In this document: positions 39,541 through 64,000 of the stretch, piece by piece
Layout: every line of letters begins with the position of its first letter
Position numbering within the stretch: position 1 is the stretch's first letter
Source of the DNA: Tubiluchus corallicola
Lineage: Eukaryota; Animalia; Priapulida
Length of the DNA stretch: 64,000 bases
Assembly: GCA_030141605.1 (NCBI GenBank)
Contig: JAQGDQ010000170.1
Span: 186,001 to 250,000, forward strand
Direction: 5' to 3'
The notes under the pieces: generated by a model
The model's input: the letters and a program-made list of their open reading frames with translations, nothing else
What the model was told of the DNA's origin: nothing
Database searches by the model: none
Made by a program: the position numbers and the translations under genes

Positions 39541-41498
39541 GTAATAGCAAGTAAATGATGTGGAAAACAGACCAGAAACTCTTCGAGATGCCACGTACGC
39601 TGCACACAGCACCTCACTGGCTGTTTTGGTCACATTAAAAAAATAAATGAAAGCCATATTATATCGTTCTTCCTGAAATTATATTTGTAGAATTAAATGG
39701 CATTGACATATTCAGTACATATATAGGATTCCAGAGCGATTGCCGTACCAAAGTAATGCACATTATGAAAAAATACGTAATGTAATTACTATTACTCAAC
39801 CTATATGACTGACACCTTTAGCTGATTCATGATACATTTGTAATTCACTTCAAACCGTTTTTCAGATCTCACTCAACATTGCAATAGCTGACAAACTTTT
39901 CCTGCATAATTAATTGTGACAGGCACGAAATCGCTATATAACAGAATAAATTACTCATCTCAGTGCAGAAAAGCCTCGGGCTTCCTCACTGTTCTAAAAT
40001 TTACCGTATCAGTTATGTTTAAAAATGACTCTATTGTAAAATAAATTGATCTGGTAATGTGGTCGATCTACTCCTACAGCTTGGTCGACGTCTTTCCGTT
40101 GCCTATTCGACTTGTTCCTAATCCTGCTCCATCTTTGGAATGAGAGGTAATCAGTCCCCGTAGGCCTTGTCTAGCCGCCAAACAGGCAAGCACCCAGTCA
40201 CCAGGTGCGGCAACACAATGATTTAAATCTTCTAGAAAATTCTGATATTCGAAGACGCGATGTGGTTTTGACAGCTGTTGTTTTGATTACATAGTAAATG
40301 ACCTAATTGCTACTTGATAGGTTAATGCTCAAAAACAATTTTCATAAAAAAACATGCTTGGATTCAGTAACTGACTTCAACATATGTAGTACGGCAGGCG
40401 ATTGCTGTAAGTGTAATCCACCGCTAGAAAAGGAAAATTAACCAAGAAAAATGCGTTTCGATGGCTATGTAAAAGTAATAAACGATAACTATAGCTGTGA
40501 GTTGCTATTGTCTCTGCTGTCGTCATCATGACTATCTGCAGCAGTTACCATTCTTTTCGTCATACAGTAATACTGGAGTCATTTTACATTTACCTATTTT
40601 TGTGGCAGTCTATTAACATTAAAGTCTATTAAACTACTTGGCCGAGTAACCAGCGCGCTCATAATAAATTCAACCATACGGGAACCCGCTTTGCCTACTA
40701 AAACAACAGCCGTTAACTCTTGTGCAGGACGGGTTTTCTAGTGCGTGTAATAATAAAGAACAGTAAAATGTATTATTTTACACTTTACTGCGCAGTTTTT
40801 TTCAGTATTACTTGACAAATTATGTAATATGTTGGCCGTAAGTTAGACTGCCTTGAAAACTCTAGGAAAGTTCATTATTCCGTTGCACGCGTGTATTATG
40901 TAATTAGTATACTGCGTGAGCGAAGCGACAAAGCCTCACAAAGTCAGCATGGTTTCGTGTAATTAACTGACAAAAAGAGACGTGGGCGAAGAAAGCAACA
41001 TAATACAGTAATCATGAGAAAGTAATGACGTCAAAACCGGCCTAATTCATGATGTTAACGTACCTAGGAGTCTATCAAAAGGACAAAATTCTCAATATAT
41101 GCTTATTATTGGTTCTCTTAGTTAGTAGCATCTCCTGCCTAAAAGAACATAACACCTCTTTGGTTATCAATTTGGGCAACAGAACACCAAAGCATTGCCT
41201 GCCGCCCATCCATTTATCAGTAATTCCATCTGGCTCGCCCTTCTCTTCGTCCGCCTGTTTGTGTCTAGTTGTTTGTGTGCATGAATACCTGTTTGTCTAT
41301 TTATCTATCTGTCTACGTATCTCCACCTGTATCTCTAACTGCCTACTAACATATACATTACAATACACGTGCTTGTCTATCGATTTCACTCTCAACCAGT
41401 TTACCTATAGCTTTCGAAATGTTTGTTAATTTGGCTACCTGTCTGTTTGTCTGTCTGTCTGCCTGCCTATCTATCTGTCTACCTACCTACCTATCTAT

Positions 41499-41558
41499 CA
41501 GCAGCAGCAGCAGCAGTAGTAGCAACAGCAGTAGCGGTAGTAGTAGTAGTAGCAGTAA

Positions 41559-41633
<75 letters not shown>

Positions 41634-41670
41634 CAGTAGTAGCAGTAGCAGTAGTAGCAGTAGCAGTAGC

Positions 41671-41723
<53 letters not shown>

Positions 41724-41787
41724 CAGTAGCAGTAGTAGCAGTAGCAGTAGCAGTAGCAGTAGTAGTAGTAGTAGTAGTAGTAGTAGC

Positions 41788-41852
<65 letters not shown>

Positions 41853-41854
41853 GT

Positions 41855-41892
<38 letters not shown>

Positions 41893-41905
41893 CAGTAGTA
41901 GCAAC
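41499..41905. repeat. (AGT/AGC)n microsatellite
   Basis: Read directly; preceded by a (CTGT/CTAT)n tract. Confidence 0.97.
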
Positions 41906-42953
41906 AGACAGCATTTCAACACAAGAATGCTTCGACACATGAAGTTTAGGTACTGGACGTTTGGACACTGGGAATGTGGACGAGAGGGCACACATTGACA
42001 TCCGGAAACCAGCAAAAATATGTAATAATTTTCCTACTACACATGTATTTTCATTGTTTGCGTTGACCGTTTTACTAAATTTTATCACATTTGAGATAAT
42101 ATACACTGTATAATTGCAACTGTATTCCGCTCCATTATGTTCTATTCCATTCTCTTAAAATTCGCTTTTGACTAAAGCTTTGGCACTCATTTTCATTTGT
42201 TCACCCCTTCGTTTTACCACTCTGCATACTACACAAGTATTTTTGTCTGATACAAATTATTGAACAAACTTTTACTGTTGAAAGAAATGCCAATATTAAA
42301 TTGCTTATTATTATTATTATTATTAAAGGGATACGAAGTTATTGTTAACATGTTGGTACGTAAACATTACTGTGTAAGTCTCTACGGGGTCCTGTCTTAG
42401 ATAAACCCCTGTGTGCTTTTAGCTACGCCACAGGAATATCTGATAGGGTGTTACACTACTTTGACAAAATAGTACTGAATGAATCAATTAAGCGATCAGA
42501 AACTAGCATTTTAATAACCTAAACAGCGGCTAAAATAGAACAAACTTAATAGAGATTTTTTTTAACAATAAAATAATGACGAATAAACTGTTCTGTTTAT
42601 TAACAACATTTTATACTTAGACTTGGTAAATTTAACAATGCTGGGCTGCAACTTTGTGACTTGCTGAAAAGAACTGATAACAAAAATGTTGTACATTACG
42701 AATGATCCACCTTCGGCTTTGCATAAATGCACAATACGAATCTGACGCATAATTCCAATATGAAGAATTCTGTAAACTGCATGCTCTAACCTGGTCTATT
42801 GGTTACACTTTCACACTTACAGAAGATTAGGGTAAAATGTTTCAAATTTAGCATGTCCTGTCACAAACCACTGAATTGAACGCCTTTCATAGCGCTCAAG
42901 AAACCAACACCTCGCATACTTTAATGCACCATAAACATTGGCAGAAGATGCTC

Positions 42954-57234
<14,281 letters not shown>

Positions 57235-57755
57235 TTTCCGAAATTTAAAATTACACAGTAAAAATTCTAAAAAACATAGTTTCTTTTTCACAGCAGACAG
57301 CAGCGCTAACTCAGCGCAAAACAACGAATGTCAGGGAGCAACGTGGTCATGGTTTTTCAAACCGCTCAAAAGATCACAGTCACAAAAAATGCATTACAAT
57401 GACAATTAAAGTTAGACCACTGTAAGTAAAAATAAAATAATAATTATATTTACTTCAGCTATGACAAAATCCTTTTAGCTCTGCGTTTGAAGCTCTAGGC
57501 TCCATCTACTCATTTGAGAGTGCTTATTCATTTCTTTATAAAGACAGAGATCGCAAATTTCGAGACAAATACCATTGTTGCTGCTACCCATTCTATCCTG
57601 AACCGTTTAAGATAAAATTTTTATTTTTTTAATCGTTATAGTGTTTACAGTTCAGTACTAGAGCAAATAAATAGTATTATTGATGAGGGTGTAAGGTTTA
57701 AATTTTAAAGTAGTTTCAATTATACTAAACACAACGAGGACATGGACATGGTTGC

Positions 57756-58161
57756 TAAGGGTGAGCATCGAATGTTCGAGTTCGAACGTTCGAATCCTAT
57801 TCGAACAATCGAATTCGATTCGAACGAATTATAGATTCGAATAATTCAGCATTTCGGCTACATACGTTCTTTATAATTAATATTTTTGAAACAGCATGCA
57901 ATTGGCGCAATTTAGCTGCAGTTTCTGTACAAGATCTTTAACAAACTAATGTGGTTTTACTGCACAACAAAATCTAACAATATGCATGATTTTTGTAAGA
58001 CCACTTTTAACTAGTGATTCGCAACCTTGTTCGAAAATCTTTCAAACTCAATTCGAATTCGATTTGGATTCTGAATACTAACATTCGGTTCGACTTGAAT
58101 TCAAAAGTCACAAATTCGATTCGATTCGAATACGTTTTCTGGCAGAGAATGCTCACCTCTA
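57756..58161. mobile_element. hAT-superfamily MITE with TTCGAA-rich subterminal repeats
   Basis: TIRs taagggtgagcat / atgctcacctcta; 8-bp TSD atggttgc (57748-57755) / atggttac (58162-58169). Confidence 0.85.
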
Positions 58162-58899
58162 ATGGTTACATAGTAATAAAATTTAAAATGACAAAAGAAT
58201 GAAAACTTTGTACTCATAATTTACCTTTAGTGTTTTAACATAATATGGATAATAATTATTTTTAATGGCAAGAGGATATTAGTTTGCTAAAATATGATGC
58301 CAATTTTTAATAATGGAATACCTAGAAGATGAAAAACATTAGTCTGATAGACAAATTATAATAACTGATAAAAATGCAGTATGGAACTATGCATAACAAA
58401 CGTGCAAAGTCCATACTAGGTGCTTCCATCCTCGTTCAAAGACTGCCCAAAGAAACTTCGTCAATGTAGGACTTTAGAAGGAAGGGATTGTACGCGAGAA
58501 GCTTTCATTGGGGCGGTGACCAGACTGAGCAAACCCAGAGCATACACACTTGGGAAATCCTGAAGAAGTTTATAACTGTGTTGAATGATCATCAGTAGAT
58601 GGGTCTAAAAACATTTGAAATTTCACTCACTTTCGCAAAATGTATTTGCAGGGTTTCACTAGGCTGCTGTTTTTGTTGCTGTTGCTACTGTTGTTTTTGT
58701 CGCCGTAATTTGCGGTCATTATTGGCGGCAGTGGTGGCAGTGGCTCCGGGTGGTGAGATATGGTCATCATTGGTTCGGATCATCATGTGATGTGGGTCAT
58801 CATTGTGGATTTATGCGCAAAACTCTTCTGCAGGGCTTTGACAATCTAATAATAAAGAATATTATATTTATTTCGCTGGTATGTGTCTGAATTTATTTA

Positions 58900-59662
58900 T
58901 TTATACGATGGTTTTTCCGATTACACCTCCAACGATCCACCATTTTTTGGCCAATTACGTATCAAATGAAAGGTTTCGAACTACTGTGGTTTCGTTCATG
59001 ATTTCTTTTTCGAATTGGGGCTACCGGCGGAACGGGGGCGAAAATCTCCAAAATGGGCGTTTTGGGCCTGTTTTTTTCCACAAAAGTTATACACCATGAT
59101 TTGAGAGAATGTTGACGTACAGGGGCAGTACCTGTAATGGTTGTGTTACTCGTTCAACGGTGGGTTGTAGTAAGGCTATTTAGCCTTTCGTGGTTTCCGG
59201 CAAAAGGCGCTCTCCCAAACCCATTCGCCCAATTTTTACGGAAAACTGCACAAACAGATTCCGGAAACAGATATTTGTGCATCTTGGGAAAAATGAGCAC
59301 ACTACCAGAAAAAGGAAATGGTCTACAAGGTGTGGAAGTTTCGTTAAGAAAGATGTCGTTTTACTGTGTTACAAACAGAGATATAATTGTACATGTAACT
59401 TGTATCTGTTAGCCTTATACCAGCTGAGAAGTAGTACGCAAAGACTGTAGAATGTCCATTCATTATTGATCTTTGGTGGATGAGTCTAACAGCGTTTGTC
59501 ATGGCATACATTTTCAAGTGTTGTGGCCTGGTGTGATGTGATGTGGGTGCTGTGGTATGAGTAATGTGTTGTGGTGTGGTGTGGATGATGTGGCGAGGAT
59601 GGTATTGGTGTTGTGGGTTGTGCTGGGTTAAGGTGCAAAAATCTTTTATGGTTTGGCTAGTT
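58900..59662 (-). mobile_element. Diverged relative of the 34723-35800 repeat
   Basis: The reverse complement shares the same ordered blocks and the (TGTGG)n tract. Confidence 0.55.
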
Positions 59663-62600
59663 TAATCGTAGCAGTTTAATGATTTTTTCATGAGAACCTT
59701 CTCACTGACGTACTACGCTATAAGTGAAAAGCCGTTTCAAACATAAATCCTTCTAGATTGCCTGCTGTTTCTTCGTCGCAAAGTTTTGAAAATGTCGAGA
59801 GCATTATAAGCTGTTAGACAGACATTTTCACGGCTATGCAATTCTTTCTGCTTACCTGGTGTGAATATGCTGCTTTATTGCCAAACGACAAATTTTAATG
59901 GCTGTTTGACGCGTGTAGATTTTCGCTAACTAAAGGGATTAGTGTCTTTCAGTAAGTCATTTAAGCTACTCATGAAGCAAAACTGTGCAACTAGCAGAAG
60001 TAAAACCTTTAAATTATTTTTGGTCATTAGGTCAAAATTTGGCCTTGCTGTCTTATTAACTGAGATGTGCATGTAAACATTGTAGATCTGCTTCTTCATT
60101 TTCAAACATATTTCATTTAGTTAAGCACAGACTGTTATTGTACGGTGATTCCTTTTGCGTATTAATGAATCGTATTTAATAACAATTTAAACACACACGT
60201 ACTGTCCCTCAAATGCGCATGCATATAATAATAATAATAAATATTATTATGGAACTGGTCAAAAGGCACTGAAAAACAAATTTAGTTTAATTATCAGATG
60301 TTAATTAAGTTGTTGTGCACTACAATAACTTTGGACCTTTGGTGCCACCTGTTACAAGAACTAATTATTTTCAGTTAGTGAGCAAGATAACTGGGCAGCA
60401 GGGCAAGAGCTTTCAAGACATTTGGAAAATAGAGAATTGCAAGTTTATTGAGAACATATCCACGAGATATCCTCTTGGTTCCTTTATTTGAAAGTTAACT
60501 TTCGACAACTTACTTCAGGGCCGTGGTGGCGCCTTTACTTCTGCTCATGATTACGTGTGCGTTGATGTCAGTAAAAATACAGTCCGAAACCATACTGTCG
60601 CGAATTGTTTTTTTAACTACTTGTTTCAGATAGATAGTTCGACATTTCGACAGTTAATTTATTTTGTCTCATTCCAGATGCATATAATACTGTTTAATTA
60701 CGATAAGTGCAGATAAGCCGGATGTGTTTTTGCTTGGATGAATAATAAGCTGTATATATAGTGTCCAGAAATTGGCGTTTGAATCCTTTTTTAACGCAAG
60801 ATGTACCAGCAAAAATACAGTTCTGCAACAATTGTGGCAGCTTTAGGTTTTGCTAGTCTTGTCGGTCTACCTAATAGCCAAACCATTTCGCAAAAGTACC
60901 GATTTTCTACTTTAATATCATTAGCTTGAATATCCCTTCTTACGTGAACGGTGACTCCTCACCAGGTCTGTCTTGACATTCAAATGAAAACATTGAATAT
61001 CCTGTCAGCTGTTTGCAGATATTTAGGGCTAGTCTTTATTAGCCACGTCTCTGTGATTATTATTACATGATTTGTTCCATAATTATGCACTGCGCCTTCA
61101 AACTCACCACATTTGTGTTTGCGTGCTCTAGCATTTAATAATAATACTACCGGTAGAAATACTGTAGTTTTGATATAATTTTATTTTCACTACTAACCTG
61201 AACTAAGTTTTTTCTGTTTGATCTATCCAAACTTTGATTACTCCAGAAATTTTTTCATATAGGTGTCCCTGAACGAACACACTAACAACTCTTACTGGGC
61301 TTGTCACACTTTTTGGCTTGCCTTAGAAGTCCGTAAAGTTTCAATTTTTTATAAAAGCGTTGCATCCAAACGAGTGTACTGCGCTTGATCTTAGCAAATC
61401 TTTGACATTGTTGATTAGGGGACGTGGTCAAATAAACTGCAGTAGTATCAAGTTGCTCTATGTTGGTTTTAAAGCTATCTCACAAACTGTAATCTATGCC
61501 TTTTCCCTTTTCATTGAACGCGATGATGATATTGGAATATTTCAAAGAAACTATTTAGGCCCGTCTAAATAAAATAAATAAATAGTTTTGAAATTAATTA
61601 TTTGAAAATAAATGAATAACTAAACTAAACAAACAGCATTGAAACTAGATTGGTTCAATTTGCAGATGATGCCCCAACTGCACTTAAATCTGAAACTAAT
61701 AAAGTCACCGTGGTCGCACTGATGCGTTAACTACTGTGCAAAATTGGTATCAAAATAACGGAATGAAACTTAAAACTGAAAAAACGTAATTTATAATAAT
61801 TGGCAGCACGCAAAAGTTGCACACTTGTGTTACAGATTCGGTGACATTAGACTTTTTGAACACAAAAACTCAACCACGCTAATGCACGCAATCTGGGTGT
61901 AAACTCGTTTCTATAAAATGCACGGGAATTTTAATAATATTAAAAATTGTATACCACATCATTTGTTGATGCCATTTTTTATAAATAGCATTGCATTTTC
62001 GCATGTGCTCTACTGTTTGCCTGTATAAATAGTAATGCTGCAGATATTCATTTAAACAAAATTCAAAAGATTCTAAACTTTGCACTTTGGGTCATGTTAA
62101 ACCGGCGAAAATATGACCACATGTCTGATGTCATTATAAATTTGAAAGATTTATTTGTTAAAAAACAGCTATATTTGCTAATGTTGGCTTGCTCCACAGA
62201 ACATTAGTTACTAAACAACCAACTCACATCTATAATCAGCTTTTTCTTGTCATGGTGCAGCTGCTGTGACAATTATTCAATTAGTTAACAGACGCAACGG
62301 GGCGTTTACTATTGGGGGAACTGAAAACAGAGTGTCTCATACATAACGTAACAGCAAAAGCACAGTTGGGCATCCTGAATAAAAAGCAAGTTAGAAAAAA
62401 GAAAGAATGAAGGACAAAAGGAAGAGAGAAAAGAAGACAACATAAAATACATAAAAATTAATATAGAATGAGAGAAAGGGGAGTGAGAGGTGAGAAACAC
62501 GACTTCTATGACTAATCTCTAGTGCGCTGCCGGGAATGTTCCTCAAGGAAACTATTATATCAGAATAAAACTATATGCTTTGTTAGAAAAGATCAAAACC

Positions 62601-64000
62601 ATTGAAGTTAGCTTGCTTAGAAAAGAACCAGACGTTTTTCCGCCCAGAGCTAACATTTTTCTGAGTTACTAATTGAGCAACTGTACTAGCTTCTGAAGAA
62701 AAATGGGTTATACAGAGTTCATTGTTATAACCGAAATGCCATTATAGTCCTATTACTTCAACATTTTTCCACAGCATTTGTTGCAAACTCAACGATCTGT
62801 TACTGGTCTATTACTATTATTACTTATGAGTTATGATCTGCTTCTTACTGTATCCTGGTCAGCAGGTTAAAGCCTAATTGGGACTAATACCGAATCAATT
62901 AACTTTTTCTTGGTGGCTTTATAAATAGCTGTGTGTTTAACTGTAATAAACATTTAATTATCAGAGTGTTTTACAGATTTTTCTTTCAACTTGCAATATA
63001 ACCATTGAGTTAACTAAACTCAGCTCTGCAATCATATATCTTCGAGCTCAGCTGCAGAACTGTAGAAATAAGTTTTCCCACTTTTCAGTGATTTTAATTT
63101 GTATTCAATATTCTGCCAATCTGTATATTTTACGCATTATGCAACTCCAAATATGATCTAGAAATTCGTTAAATTGTGAAATGTGACACGTTTGATAGTA
63201 AATTACACAAAGCATAACTTAATTACTTATTTTAAAAATACTTCAGTTTACTAATATTGCTTCTGTTTTCTTAATGTCATACACACAGCAAGTACAAGGA
63301 CTTCTTTAAAATTTTGTTAGCATCACTTTTTTCCTGCAGTTTCGGTTATATTGGCTATAACAACAATTTTTCCGTGACCTCACTGTCTCTCCTTTTTTTA
63401 CAAAAGCTTTTTGCATCTCCTATGAATTGAACAAATTCACTAAAATAAAATCACATTTCGCCACGCGACCATTGTTGTTGCAGGTAACATTTTCCACGCA
63501 TGCAGGTGAGTTATTATGCTCGTTAACCATAAAAGGAAGTAGGCTATCCACTTTGCAGAACAATTCTTCGAAAACCTAATCAGCTTTTCTGAAATACGTT
63601 TTTTCTCGTTTATAATAAGCATTTTATGGCATTGAAGGATCTTTGGCAGTCGGTAATCAGCTTTCACTTGTGATATTGCAATCTAAGATTTGTTCCCGTG
63701 GCAGCTCTGCAGGGAGAGACTAAACTACCATTATACGATTTTTTACCCTGCATGCAAAAAATTAGCGTTAATTAATTGTGCATAATTTCTAATAGCGAAC
63801 GCTTCGTTGACCAAATCACCCGACAACTTCATATAATGCGGGTCATTTGGTCAAAGAAATGTTCCCTATATGTATATGTATAATATCCCCCATGCGTTTG
63901 TGGCATATAGCTGACTGCAATTTGGCAGCATGTATTTAACTACTTAGCTATTTCCCAATTAAAAACTTTCAAACCTGTAAACATTTGGAAAAGGTTGTAA

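Noticed and set aside
41419-42106. Poly-Ser/Val/Thr/Tyr ORFs
   Set aside because: (AGT)n microsatellite artefacts.
59700-64000. Short ORFs at the right end of the window
   Set aside because: AT-rich sequence with no coherent exon chain or domain signal that I could support.

Overview
AT-rich, intron- and repeat-rich animal (invertebrate) genomic DNA; it is not prokaryotic and has no CRISPR array, rRNA or intact tRNA gene. Two spliced protein-coding genes can be rebuilt by hand, both on the minus strand. (1) The 5' part of a type II membrane M1-family aminopeptidase (aminopeptidase N-like; exons 268-423, 3314-4028, probable start exon 6251-6266) that runs off the left edge. (2) A complete 16-exon, ~1409-aa type I membrane protein gene (42954-57234) with the architecture signal peptide - 24 EGF - 3 WAP - Fasciclin-3-like Ig - TM - cytoplasmic tail carrying an ITIM-like motif. 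The most striking non-coding signal is a ~470-bp non-autonomous RTE-derived retroelement (two full-length copies and one 5'-truncated copy with target-site duplications, plus a 3' fragment) whose 5' end folds as a twister self-cleaving ribozyme and starts at the predicted cleavage site. Also present: a 5'-truncated RTE LINE, a piggyBac-like TTAA MITE family, hAT-like MITEs, a tRNA-derived SINE, several minisatellites (one with a 10-mer higher-order duplication and an inverted terminal unit) and many microsatellites. All calls come from manual reading; no database search was run.
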